A stretch of 63,934 bases of DNA, the filler included, from Aduncisulcus paluster (taxonomy: Eukaryota): NCBI GenBank assembly GCA_024181965.1. It is 12 parts of 12 records of this genome, joined end to end, with 100 filler letters (N's around TTAATTAATTAA, not from the genome) between each part and the next. Parts side by side here need not be neighbours in the genome. Positions count along the whole stretch, not along the records: positions 1 to 7,341 come from BQXS01011546.1; positions 7,442 to 10,217 come from BQXS01011547.1; positions 10,318 to 14,460 come from BQXS01011548.1; 9 more parts are not named here. One strand, given 5' to 3'. A program made the position numbers and the translations under genes. Below are positions 1 to 12,740 of the stretch, one piece after another (the stretch's first letter is position 1; each line of letters begins with the position of its first letter). The notes beneath the pieces were generated by a model. The model made no database searches. It was given only the letters and a program-made list of their open reading frames with translations, and had not been told where the DNA came from.

Positions 1-379
1 CCTGTACTCTTGATAGACCTCCCCGAATGCATCTTTCAATGAACACATCCTCTTCTAGCTTCACAAGGGTTTTCCCATCGAAACAATCCTCAGCAAGCAT
101 GACACATTCAGGGTTCAATGTCCCACCACTTTCCTCCCTCAGGAAATCCATACATTGCTCAGAGTTCCAACATGTGATGTCATCAGGATCTTCCTCAATG
201 ATCACTGCAGGAAGAGAATTCATCAGGGCAGTGGCATAACGCAACGTGTTTATCGAGTGCGAATGATCGATCGACAGTGGGGATACACAAGCAATCAAGC
301 CCACCCTCGAGGGACGACGGATCGCAACATCGAAGCAGTCCTTCAAAATCAAGGTCAGCTTGGAGTCGCGAAAAGGACC
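1..379 (-). pseudogene. Kinesin motor C-terminal fragment followed by a SAM-like domain (not in ORF track; runs off window start)
   Basis: Manual translation: GPFRDSKLTLILKDCF...LIACVSPLSIDHSHSINTLRYATAL (kinesin PFRDSKLT and TLRYA motifs), then DITCWNSEQCMDFL...FDGKTLVKLEED (SAM-like). In-frame TAA codons lie just upstream and the rest of the motor is absent. Confidence 0.7.
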
Positions 380-498
380 CAAATAACAGAGTTAGATAAA
401 CATTTACTTGGTAGCACCAATCTTGGTAATGTACATTGAACAATTAGAGACAAAACCAATGAAGTATTATAAAAATTATTTATTAAAAAACAAAGTGA

Positions 499-3400
499 TT
501 AAACCTTAATTTCTCCCTTTGAGCTATAAATAACGCATGATCCATGTATTCCGAGACGATATACCTGCATTCCTCCATTAAGTCTGATTGAGGCGACCAA
601 TTGTCTGGCGAGATCGACGCCCAATCCAACACATTCTTGCTCTATATCAAGTACAGCAGGAAGCATGTTGGAAGAAGACAGCTCTGGAATGGTAATTGAG
701 GCCGGAGGAGGCAGTGAATCCCAAGAAATACTAGCAACGGACAAGGAAGCAGAGGACATGTGGGTATCGCCAAGGTTGAAAACATATTGGTATCCACGGC
801 TCTTGGAGCACAAAGAAAGTAAGAGTTTGGATGTGGAAGGGTGACTTCTGAAACGGATCAATAATTGGAGTGCATAATATCCAGGAGAAGGACAAACAGG
901 AAGGCTCATGTCTTCCTCTTCCTCCTCTTCTTCTTCCTTAATATCCTCTTCCTTCTTTTCTTCAACAGGCTCTTCTTCTTCCTTCTTCTCTTCAGGTTCT
1001 TCCTTCTTCTCCTCTTCTTTTCCCTCACTCTCTTCTTTCTTCTCTTCTTCTTTTCCCTCACTCTCTTCCTTCTTCTCTTCAGGTTCTTCCTTCTTCTCTT
1101 CTTCTTTTACCTCACTCTCTTCCTTCTTTTCTTCTTCTTCTTCTTCTTCTTCTTTCTTCTCTTCTTCTTTTACCTCACTCTCTTCCTTCTTTTCTGGCTC
1201 TTCCTTCTTTTCTTCTTCTTCCTTCTTCTCTTCTTTTTCTTTCTTCTCTTCTTCTTTCACCTCTTTAATTTCCTTCTTCTTACCCTTTCCACGAGTACTG
1301 TTCCACTCGTCGAGTACCCACAGACACACTTCCATAGCTTCCTGGTCAACACTTTCATTGACACAGATTGTACATTCACATTTAAGAAGCTCCATCATAA
1401 TTCTTTCATTGTGTCTTCTATCTTTCTTCCACTTCGAGAGGAGCTCTTTACGAGCAGCCAAAACTGTGTGGAAACTTGGAGTACCACGACTGGCCTCCGC
1501 TTCACGAGAAAGCTGTTGTTCTTTCGTGCGCATTGTTGCATCAGATTCCACCATAGTCAGTTTCAAGGATGCCGAGAAAGAGAACAAAATCTTTGAAAGG
1601 GCTTCCTTCACATGCTTGTTCTTGAGTATCTTTGCACCTTTCTTGGCTGACGATAATTTAAACATCTCTTTCATCATACTCAATCCACACCAAGCTCGGA
1701 ACAAAGATGAAAGGACAAATGAAACACTGTTGGCATTCTTGAAAGACTCAGCGTCAGAGTCAAGCTCGGCTATCTCGGCAATGAGGCTGCATATCTTTGA
1801 CATGTCGGAAGCATGGGTGAGAATACACAGATTGATGGCACAACAGATTGTGTATGTTGTACCAGACGAACGTGAGGGTGGTGGGGGAGGGAAAGAGACC
1901 GGTGAAAGAGGATGTTCAATCACATACTTGATTGAATCGCGCAAAAAAACATCGAAAGCAGGGAGACTGAGTGAAGATAAGATTGGAGGTAAAGAAAGAG
2001 AATTAGAAAGTACATTAACACGAGTCTTACGAATACGCTGTCTACGTTCACGTCTACGATCTCTTTTAGCTCTACGACGTTCCTTCTCAGCTTCCTTCTC
2101 TGCCTTTTCACGGGCTTCTTTTTGATCAGGAGTTTCATCTGCGGGAATATTCTTCGCATCCTTCTTGCGTTTCTCCTCCTCTTTCTTTTCGTTTTCTCTC
2201 TCCTTCTTCTCTTCTTCCTCCACTTGTTGTTCAGCCTGGATGATTGTGTTGTCTTCATCTTCATTAAACTGNNNNNNNNNNNNNNNNNNNNCTTTTCACG
2301 GGCTTCTTTTTGATCAGGAGTTTCATCTGCGGGAATATTCTTCGCATCCTTCTTGCGTTTCTCCTCCTCTTTCTTTTCGTTTTCTCTCTCCTTCTTCTCT
2401 TCTTCCTCCACTTGTTGTTCAGCCTGGATGATTGTGTTGTCTTCATCTTCATTAAACTGATTGCAGGTCTGAACGACAATCTTCTCTCCCATTTCAACAT
2501 ATTCTTGAACAAATATATCAGAAATAACAAGCATATCTACAACATCTTCCTTTTTGAGTGCTTCCCCAAGTTCGAGGATTCGTTTCCTGGCAGCTCCATC
2601 GAAGAAAGGCAGTTCGACCATAACCATAATCTCTTTATCTTCACTCTTTGAAGCTTTTCTACGCATCTCTGAAAGACAAACACTGAGACACTCACCAACA
2701 CACATTCTCCACTCTTCCTTAACACACTCAGTAACGGCCTCACGTCGACGATTACGAACGTCAGAATTCCACAAAGATTGGGGAGTATGAATGTCAGACT
2801 CAAGCACAGGTATGGCGCCAGTACCACATACAAGAGCAGGGCGTAACTCTGGTGGGAAGAAAGCAGTCAAGACAACCTCAACAATGCCCATTCCTGCACA
2901 GGGTTCCTCAGGAAGGACAATTTCCTCACTCGAAGTAGTCTTCTTTCCTTTCTTTCCTTTCTTTCCTTTCTTATCCTTCTTTGGTTTCTTTTCTTTCTTG
3001 GAATCCTTTGAACTCACAGCATCAGTCATCTTCTTCTGTTCTTCAGCCCAGTGAAGGTATGAGAGGAGCTCAAGAGCCATCTTTCGAGAGGTTGCATACT
3101 TCTCTTGATTACTGAGAATACAGAGTAACAGAACAGTCACACCACAGTGTTGAGTAATGGTTTCATGGCCACAGACAGAAGCTATTACAGAGACGAGACG
3201 AAGACCCTGGATACGAACAGTCTCCACTGGACTGCAGCAACAGTATAAAGCTGTAGCAAGCAGACGAGGAGAGTGGACGAAGGAAGAATGTTTGGATGCC
3301 TTGCTTCTCTTGCCTTTCTTCACAACTGGAACATCGGTACCAGCCTTGCTTGTCTCACTCGAGACCATATGACACACAAATACAATGAGAGTTGTGAGGG

Positions 3401-6400
3401 CAGCCTTGACAGCCATACTTGTTGAGCTGGGAGATAATGAAGTATGGAGAAGGAGAGAAGTAAAAGTATTATCCTTGAGAGAGCGTTGCATAATGCCATC
3501 GTCAAGAACAACACTCTCATGACCACTCCAACGACCAGTTAGGCATAGACACAGAGACATGGCTGAACAGAGGTCCGGAGGAAGAGAGAAATATCCACCG
3601 GAAGGAGAAACGACCTTGAGTTCACTCATTTCAGATTCTTCCTCCTCTTCTTCCTCGCTCTTGGACACTGCAGAGTCCAGAGATTTCACACCTTCTTCGT
3701 CGTATTTAACAATTTCAACAAGTTCTCTGTTACCTCCAAGGATACCAAGGATTGTATTGTTCAATTCTTGGTAATTCACAAGGAATATTTTCTTTCCGGG
3801 CGTTGCCAATACATGGGAAAGAACAGCTCCGCCAATGTGTGGTTGGTTCGGATGCAAAGAGAAGTGAGGAAAAGAAGTATGGAGAAGGAGAGAAGTAAAA
3901 GTATTATCCTTGAGAGAGCGTTGCATAATGCCATCGTCAAGAACAACACTCTCATGACCACTCCAACGACCAGTTAGGCATAGACACAGAGACATGGCTG
4001 AACAGAGGTCCGGAGGAAGAGAGAAATATCCACCGGAAGGAGAAACGACCTTGAGTTCACTCATTTCAGATTCTTCCTCCTCTTCTTCCTCGCTCTTGGA
4101 CACTGCAGAGTCCAGAGATTTCACACCTTCTTCGTCGTATTTAACAATTTCAACAAGTTCTCTGTTACCTCCAAGGATACCAAGGATTGTATTGTTCAAT
4201 TCTTGGTAATTCACAAGGAATATTTTCTTTCCGGGCGTTGCCAATACATGGGAAAGAACAGCTCCGCCAATGTGTGGTTGGTTCGGATGCAAAGAGAAGT
4301 GAGGAAAAGAAGAGAGAGGAAGGGCGACAGGGAAAACACTTGATTCACATTCGGTGGAAAAAGAAGTATGGTGAATTTCATAAGAGCTATTCTTTCCAAG
4401 CTTATCCACACAATTTGTGTATCTTTCTCGGAGATGCATGAACATGAAGGAACAGAGAGATTGAGCGACGTTTCCATTCCATATTCCAGCGCCATCGTCC
4501 TTCTTGACACAGAGAGCACCAAAGAGAGCCAGGAGATGCTCAGAAGTGAAACCTGGAGACTCGAATTGGGCATCGTTAGCAACAGATGTGAGGGTGAAGT
4601 ATACATTCGCTGGAAGTAACATGGCCATCTTTTCTCTTGATTTCTCAGAGAACTTGAGACTCAGTAGTAAGATTGTTGTGAGACTGGATAAAAGTTTGAA
4701 AGGAGAAGTAATGTCCCCGATTAAAATTGTTGGACGTGTGAGAAGGAAGACAATTGATGGGGGCAGTTTCTCAGGAAGAGCATCGTTAGCACTCTTCCAT
4801 AACATCGTGAACAAGGCCTCTTCTTCCGCATCACTACCCTGGAGCCTCCCACTCACCTGATCCTGGACAAGGCTTACACAGAGAAGCAACATATAGAGAA
4901 CAATCAAATCACAATCAAAGAGACACACGAGATCAGCAATATCACGCTTCACCTTATCATCAGCACGAGTGAACTTGTGAAGGTAAAAATCAGATATGGA
5001 AGCCAGGATATGCATTGAAAAGAGTGATGCAGCATCGAGAAGACTCACAGGGGAAGTATCTCCAAGCTGACATTTGCACAAACGTTCGTTAGCCGTCACA
5101 ACACACCCAGCCACTCCGACACTCAAGTTAAACACGATCATCTTAACCATGTCTCTCCTTGCTACAAGTGAAGCAAGAGTTGAGTTTGAACTATTCTGAA
5201 CTTGAGTGTGATTATATCCATTAATACAAGCCAGCAACACACATAACGCGGTCTCCATACTCCTTGTCCCTCTTCCGCGGACTATAACTTCGCTCATTCC
5301 CTCGACAATGAGACCACTGTTACGGACAGCATCGATCCCTTCCTTGAAGTCACACATAGTGTGAACGAGGGAGAGGAGGAGAATGAGGAGAGAGGCTGAG
5401 CCAGTTTCTAAGTTATCCAGAGGCGGATGAGAGAAGAGCAACTTTACGTCGGAGAGACGGGCTTTATCCATGAAAGCAGCATCAGGGATGGAAAGCTCAT
5501 TGGTATTCACATCAGTGAAATCAGCATCCTCTCCTGCAGCATTCCTCACCTTGTCCTCATGGTCAACAATCTCCCGACCACATTTCCTCATCTTCATCAT
5601 CACTGCTTGTGGAATCATCTGCAACAGACCGTATATCATATATAAACTCTTGTGTCTCACAGTCTTACACTCTTCAAGGGACATCTTAAGACTCTCACGG
5701 AGCTGTTCAACCTTACTTTTGTCGGGGACCTCAACCTGGAGCTTGGCCATCAATGCAGACATTCCTTGATTAATGTAACCTTCAAGGGGAAGGTTAAGGT
5801 CAGATCCAAGACGAAGAACCTTCCACACACTGGCCAAAGTTTGAACAACATGAACCACACTGGTATATTCGTTGCAAGAGACAAGAAGATCGGGTGCTGC
5901 AGATAGAAGCTTCTTAACGTGTGTGAATGGCACTGCACATTTCAAGTTGGCAGCTTGGATTGACTTGATGAGAGACTCGACGTGGATAGACTTAACCTTA
6001 TCCCACCATCCGGCGGTCTTGGGCTTCGAGAGTTCACTTTGCATGTTCCTACGTGCTTCTTCAACCTTCTCACCGAGTGTAACAACATAGACTTCACCAC
6101 ATACGAGGAGAGAGTCGACTTCAGGGTGAGCAAGAATAGGTAAGGGCTTAAACTCGAAGTGTGGCAGTCTAAGCAGTGAATGGAGATGGGAATAGGTAAT
6201 AGATGAGAGCAAAGAACTCATCTCATCATCCTTTGTGGAGGCTACAGGAGTGGAAGGAGCTGAGAGGGGAGCGCTGGATAGGGGATCAATGAAGTCATCC
6301 TCTTCTTCTTCAACGTGAGAGATCATCCGGACACCCTTTCTGCGGTCTTTCATGACATTAGACACACGTTTCTCGACACCGACACGACGCAACAACTCCT

Positions 6401-7341
6401 CAAAATGCTCAAATAATAATGTAGCACAGCCACAAACGATTCTTCTTCTCATTTGGGCACTAAAAATAGCCTCAGGTTCTCTAATACAATCAGAATCATT
6501 AGTTGAAGCCAGAGAACGAGGTGCCAAGAAGTGAGCAAACGAGAGAGGATTTGAGACAAGGAGAGCAAGAAGAGGACGAGGGAATACTCGTGCAAGAACA
6601 GAACCACCTCTCTTCTTTACAAGAACAATGGCTTCTCCAGTTCCCTCCTCAATACGACGCATCTCTTCCTTGATCTTTCTGGCCATGTTGGCAACATTGT
6701 GACGGGTCTCATCAGTCAATTCAACACCAAATGCACTCTCAATTCTTGGCGCCTTGAATGTTTCCTTCGATTCAGGGTCACTTCCTTCCTTTCTCCAGGC
6801 TTCCTTGAGCATGTATCCTCCTTTCATCATACCCTTGTGGCAAACACCCAAGACATGTGAAATAGCCACACACACGCGTGGGTCAGATCCAGTGTAACAC
6901 AGGACAGCGTGTAGGATACCAGTTGCGTAGAGAACACCGCACAATAGAATGTTGTGTTCACACAAACGTGCTACACAGACAACAGCACGCAAGAACACTT
7001 CCTCTTCAGAAGAAGTCATGGTTCGTGGTGACACATATCCCTCCGCACTGACATTGGTGGAATAGCCAAAGGAGGAAGGCCAGGTAGCAGCTGCGGCAGA
7101 AGGATAAGCAACAAGAAGACAGGCAAGAAGAGCAGAGAGGGAAGGTCTGGACATGAGTTGACGTTTAACAAGAGGCATCGGAGTTACCAAACGACCTTTC
7201 TTGTCAATTCCACTGAATAATCCGGCAGCGCAACAAGCAACATCAAGGGAAGCCGTAAATAAGGATGTCAAGGCTGAGAACACGCATGAAAGAGCAGGGG
7301 GAAGAGAGGAAGGGTTGGGAAGAGGGTCCGAGAGGAAGGGC
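499..7341 (-). CDS. DNAJC13: RME-8/DNAJC13-like endosomal protein, 5'-partial; ORFs 1920..7283 and 499..2223 are one gene split by a gap duplication
   Basis: IWN-repeat-like motifs REPEAIFSAQMRRRI...PLPILAHPEVDSLLVCGEVYV and HTPQSLWNSDVR, plus QPHIGGAVL; ARM-like helical regions. The two ORFs overlap exactly across the duplicated flanks of the 2272-2291 gap. Confidence 0.7.
908..1290 (-). repeat. Low-complexity coding repeat (EEEKKEE/ESEVKEE units)
   Basis: Imperfect (TTC/TCT)n-based units on + strand encoding the Glu/Lys tract of the RME-8-like C-terminus. Confidence 0.9.
2104..2459. repeat. Scaffold-gap duplication (~168 bp either side of 20 N)
   Basis: 2104-2271 repeats at 2292-2459. Confidence 0.9.
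3439..4312. repeat. 435-bp in-frame tandem duplication in the RME-8-like gene
   Basis: Identical ORFs at 3559 and 3994 (offset 435); a 145-aa block repeats in the protein; no N gap. Confidence 0.9.
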
Positions 7342-7441
7342 NNNNNNNNNNNNNNNNNNNNNNNNNNNNNNNNNNNNNNNNNNNNTTAATTAATTAANNN
7401 NNNNNNNNNNNNNNNNNNNNNNNNNNNNNNNNNNNNNNNNN
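7342..7441. other. Artificial contig linker (also 10218-10317, 14461-14560, 18252-18351, 20688-20787, 45123-45222, 48744-48843, 51166-51265, 53726-53825, 59026-59125, 61635-61734)
   Basis: N44-TTAATTAATTAA-N44, stops in all six frames, 11 copies. Confidence 0.98.
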
Positions 7442-8963
7442 TTGGCAGCTAATACAAATGACGTTGGTAATCCATATCTCACAGATATGCTGGGTAAAAC
7501 ATAACTTAATTCATAAAATTGATGCGCTGTTAATGTTTTATAATGCATTAGTGAGATACTACAGTTGTATTCAATCAATTCAGAAAGCAGATTTGGAAAC
7601 TTTTCATGGGACACTAATTTGTTGACAAATAAATGGAGGGATGTGTGCAGCATAGTTCTTCCCTCCATGTGTAGGACATCACCAGGTAAAGGGGGACATA
7701 ATAATTTCTGGTCAATATCAGTTCGTTCAGGATAATGATGGGCGAAGTCCACTAGATGATCTCGATCTACTGAGCAAAGAGAACATTTGAAGCGACATAA
7801 CCCTGTTGGTTTCGGGATACCAAGGTGCTCGTGTCGTTGAGGGGAATCAGATTTATGTACATAGTGAAACACATTTAGAATTTCGTATCGGTGAGATTTC
7901 CCATTATACACGGACATTCCATTACATTTTTCAATTTCTGAATTTATGTATTCATCGATTCGACGGGTTTTACCTTCAAGCTTACCCCCAGGAACTAGAG
8001 CTAAGATATATCGGCTCCTAAGGGTGCGGCGATAATCACTTGAAAAGTTTGTCAGCGTCAATGACACATTTGTAATCGGGTTATAAGCCATGGCGGTGAG
8101 AGGGAAGTCATCACAGAATGTCATAATTCCTACATTCGTTTTGTCACTTTGAATCTGTTCACACCATGATATACTCTCTTTGACACTCTTGTCAAGATTA
8201 AAATGTGTCGTTTGTGTTGAAAAGATGAACTTAATAATCTCTTTTAACGGAAAAAAGAGAGACCGTACCGAAAACCCATTCGTAGATGTAAGGATTTCAG
8301 ACGTGAATGGAATTATACTGATACAAGAACAAGTTACTGATCTCGCAGTCATCGTCGGTATGAACGTTTCTTTGAGAACAGATGCAAGGGTGCGTTTATC
8401 TTCTCGTGGACATTTAATCCCTTTGATACATTCCTTCACTAATTGAACCTTATTTGAATAGGTCTGTGGATCTATAAAATGATTATGTCGAGAAATATGG
8501 GAAGAGCTTCGACTGGTACTACCAGCAGGTAGTTCAATCTCACCTCCTGGTCCAAAATCATCGTCTAATTGATGAGAATCAACAGTGCTAGTAGTACTAG
8601 TAGAACCAGTGACAGTAGTACTTTCAAATCGTAAAGGCGCATGTAATGCCAATTTAGCCCGTTGAATTTCATTTTCAGATAGACCACCTTCATATGAGAA
8701 TGCAAGTAGTCCGGAAAGTATTTTTTTCCCATCTTTGTATTTTGTCTCATATACATAGACAATATCATCATGTAAGAAAAAGATTGGGGGCTTAAATGTC
8801 GTCAATACATAATTTATAGTTGTCGAACGGTATAACTTTCCTTCTTTAATACAATAATATTTATCTGGATCGAGTTTGATCCTTTACAGAATAAAGAGAA
8901 GTTAAAATAAAAAGAAATCAAAGGATTTAGTATGGAAAGAATAAAAATAACATACATAGACAT
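7442..8963 (-). mobile_element. CMC/EnSpm(CACTA)-like DDE transposase, 3'-partial, with one intron (8882..8955)
   Basis: Motifs TFCDDF...LTNFSSDYRR...SDSPQR...CRFKCSLC...GDVLHMEG follow the D..DxP..CxxC..DxxH layout. ATG at 8963 plus a GTATGT...AAG intron splices in frame (MSMIKLDPDKYYC...) into ORF 7390..8805. Confidence 0.65.
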
Positions 8964-9017
8964 CTTGACGTTACCAAAATAACATTTTTGTTTGCCATTA
9001 AATGATACTGACAATAT

Positions 9018-9530
9018 TTATTCACTTTGGGAGGTTGGATTAGCAGTCTCAGTTCTTGGAATAAAAACAAAAGAATCATCATGGCGTAATTGTGATGCAG
9101 TAGACCTTGGAGAACGAAGTTGGGGATTATGCCTTAAACGATTGCTTAAAGTAAACTTCAAAAATTGAATGAATACTCGGCTGTGTTCTTCAGCCTTTTC
9201 ATCTCCCTCTTCTTCCAGATTTTTCTTAATTTCATCCTTTACGATGATCTTCAGTTCTGTTATTGTGAGAGTCGTTTTCCCATCGTCGATTTGTTTCTTG
9301 ATGGCATCATCAACAATTTTTGCTCCATCATGCTCTCTCCAGAGCAATGCTCCTTCAATTTGCTGAGCCGCACGGAGAAATCCTTTTGGTTCTACAACCT
9401 TCAAAATTCTTTCGCAGATATCGGCAGTATATTCGGCTAATTCGCGATTTGTCAACTCTCGTTGGGTTGGCATTGGAGACAAATCTCGTTTAATATTGAA
9501 GGGATTATGTCAATTCTCCACCTCTGCCAT
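9018..9530 (-). CDS. Hypothetical helical protein upstream of the transposase, possibly an element accessory ORF; in-frame TGA at codon 7 if started at 9530
   Basis: 154-aa ORF, same strand and 55 bp from the transposase ATG. ATG at 9530 is in frame but followed by TGA at 9512..9510. Confidence 0.5.
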
Positions 9531-10317
9531 CTTAGCAATCAATAAACCTAATCACCCTTTGATGGCATTTATAGAGATTTTCAATAAGACAAATTAAATA
9601 AATTCTGTCACATCTTATTAGTACCAGAAATATTTTTTTTCGACCTTGATGATGTTCCTTGTGATACATTTATTAACCAACTTTTTTTCATTTCATCATT
9701 TAAGACCAGTATTATAAGTATTTTATAAAGCTTCATTTTCATTTTATTTTATTAAGAGCTGATAATCATTATTATTATTCCGTCTCACCCTTAAGAACAA
9801 ATAAAATAATATTATGACGAATATATTTTTTTTTGGATTTTTACTATGTTTTATTGTGTTTAATAAATATCATTTTTTGATTTGATGATGTTGTGTATAT
9901 GTCTTTGTATGAGACAGTTTGATTTTTTTAATTTAAGATATTTTTATTTTTTCTTGGTTTTCATTGTTATTATAACGTTTTTTTTGTTCTGATACTTGTT
10001 GATGATATTATTTGATGATGTTTCATTTTTCCAGTGAGTTGAGAGGCATCAAGGTTCTTAATTTAAGCAAAATTATTTTTAATGGTCTTTTTTAATCTTT
10101 TTTATTGGCATTTTATCTTAATTTATTCATTTTTTTCACGATAGAACTATTCTCACTCAAGGAAACAGTACCAAAGGAAAGAGTACCATCAACTGTTACA
10201 TCTTCATCAAATGAAGCNNNNNNNNNNNNNNNNNNNNNNNNNNNNNNNNNNNNNNNNNNNNTTAATTAATTAANNNNNNNNNNNNNNNNNNNNNNNNNNN
10301 NNNNNNNNNNNNNNNNN

Positions 10318-12308
10318 ATGTGTTATAACTGTTGCTTGTGTTGTCTTCCACTTCCTTGTCTTTCACTTCTTGTTCCCTGTCTTTCAATTCCTTGAGTTGT
10401 TCTTGGATTAGGATATATTTAACGTATGCTGAACATATCCGATACATACAAAGGTCACTATCAACTCTATATTTACACTTAAAGACATTGCTATACCCAA
10501 TTCTATGTTGTGGTATATGCACATGTTTCCCATTTAAAGATAAAGATGTTCTAGATATCTCATCTTTCTCTTCTGTGCCTATCTGCTCGCTTTGTTTCTT
10601 CTCCTCGCTTTGTTTCTTTAATACTTTCTTCTTCTTTTTTCTTACTATCTTCTTTTTTCTCTTCACAATAACCTCTTCTTCTTCTTTCTCCTCTTTCTCT
10701 TCTTTTCTTTCCATTAGTCTTAATGTATTTGAACGCACATTCTTGCTATTGTAAAGCAAGACACGATCGATAGTTCCTATGATTCCATTCATAGTGTCTA
10801 TTATACTACTAAACTTCTTTCCAATTGTAAAACCTAACAATAAACTTCTTCTTCCACCAACAATAAACCTCTCCTCTTTCTCCTCTTTCTTCTCTCCAAG
10901 TCTCAAATCAATAAAACAACGATCAATAAAATTCATGACAGATCCAATAATTACATTAGGAATATCATATATACCATTCTTCTCAACAACATTATTATCA
11001 TTATTATTACTGTTATTATCATTAGCCAATCTAAAAATAGATTCCTGAAGAAGAAGAAGAAGAAGAAGTATGATGTAACAAAGGTTTGTCTAAGCTTCTT
11101 GAAGACAGAAATCCGTAAGTAATGAAAGAGTTTATAACCGTTCTTGCAATGGGAATAGAATATCTAACATGGGTTAAAGCTTTAACACACAATTCCAAAT
11201 GTCTTTTTGTATCATTATTTGAGAAAGAAAAAGAGAGATATGATAACCAAATCTTCTCTGAAAATGGAATAATCAATAGAGCTTGTCTATAAATAGATAG
11301 TTTCTCAAGAGGATCATTTGAAAGGAGAGAGAGATATTCTAAAAATAGAATTGAGAGAGACAGTGATGTAGCAGCAGCAGATGTTGCTAATGATCTTGGT
11401 CTTGTTCTAAATTTAGTAAGTTGAGAAGAAGAAGAAGAAGAAGAAGAAGAAATACTAATTTCACTTTCTTTTTTCTCTTCTTTTTCTTTCTCTTTCTCTT
11501 TTCTTTCATTTTGTTCTTTTGATAGAACTTGAATACCTTTCTTGAGACATGAAATAGCTTCACTAACATTACCCCGACCGCTATAGAGGTGAGAAAGATC
11601 TATATATGGATCATGAGAAAGAGGATGAGCTTCTATATGAGCTTTATGAATCTCTACTTCATGTTGGTACTCGTCTTCATCCATCAATAAAATCCCAAGT
11701 TGTCTCTTTTGTAACAAACTACTCTGTTGATCTCCTCCTCCTTGTTGATCTCCTTCTACTTCTCTTTGTTCTCCTTCTTTTCTTCTTTCTTTGCCAACCT
11801 CGTCAAGGATATCTTCTGTGTTTTGTTTGAGACTTACTAGTTCATTTCCACTGCCGTGAATCTGATTAAACAAGAATGTATCCGGTAATGGGACATATTC
11901 TTGTCGTTTCTCTTCAGTAACTTCCCATTTCCGCCGTTTAGAGATGTCTCCGGCGTATGTTAATGATTTTAAATCAGCTTCAGAACATTTCTTCAATTCT
12001 TCAAGATAATGACCTCCATCGTGGTATTGTTGAGACAGTTTATATATATCTTCTTGACTTTCTTTCTTAGTCTCCGAAATAAGGGAGGAAATACCAATAT
12101 TTGAGAGTTCATCGCGGAAACCATGGATTGTGGAGTGTAAGCGTTTTTCTTTTATAATGGATGGAATAAAGTCCTTAGGGGGGACCATTGCATTGAAATC
12201 GGGGGGGTTATCTTCATCATGGTGTTCTCCAGCTTCAGTATTTTCAGATAATCCATCAAATTGTGGTTGACTAGGTAAATGGTCATGTTGAGGGGGTAAA
12301 TGGATCAT
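10318..12308 (-). CDS. HAT/TPR-repeat protein (possibly ZFC3H1-like), frameshift near 11030-11080, 3'-partial
   Basis: HPLSHDPYIDLSHLY...EAISCLKKGI and YRQALLIIPFSEKIWLSYLSF are HAT-like helices; coding continues in a second frame (10262..11029). Confidence 0.55.
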
Positions 12309-12740
12309 TAAGGGATATAAAATAGTTGATTATATATTATATTAATTGTAGATGTATTGAAAATAGGATTAGAAGGTAGAAATCGAGATAGATCGACTAA
12401 AAAAGATAATAAAGGTGTTATAAAAAATACAATTACAATATAAGCAAATAAAATGACGATAATAAAGTCTAAAATCAAAGCAATATATCTTATTAAACAT
12501 ACATTTCAACCACTGGCGAACAAAATCGACAAAATCATTGATAGAGTCCAAAGTATTTTTTTTAGGAATGATTGACAGGATTCAAACTCTTTATATGACT
12601 TGAATTTATTAATTTCTAGTATTTATTTTCATTTATATATGCTACAACAGCAGTTATAACAAATGACAATTCAGAGGCTATTTAATAATCATTTTACTTG
12701 AAAATTGAAAATTTCATCAATTATTTCTCAATAATATCTA

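Noticed and set aside
865-2125. Phe/Leu-rich and Ser-rich + strand ORFs
   Set aside because: Antisense shadows of the Glu/Lys repeat.
11045-11079. 35-nt GT...CAG intron candidate in the HAT gene
   Set aside because: Splicing it leads into a frame that stops quickly, not into ORF 10262..11029.
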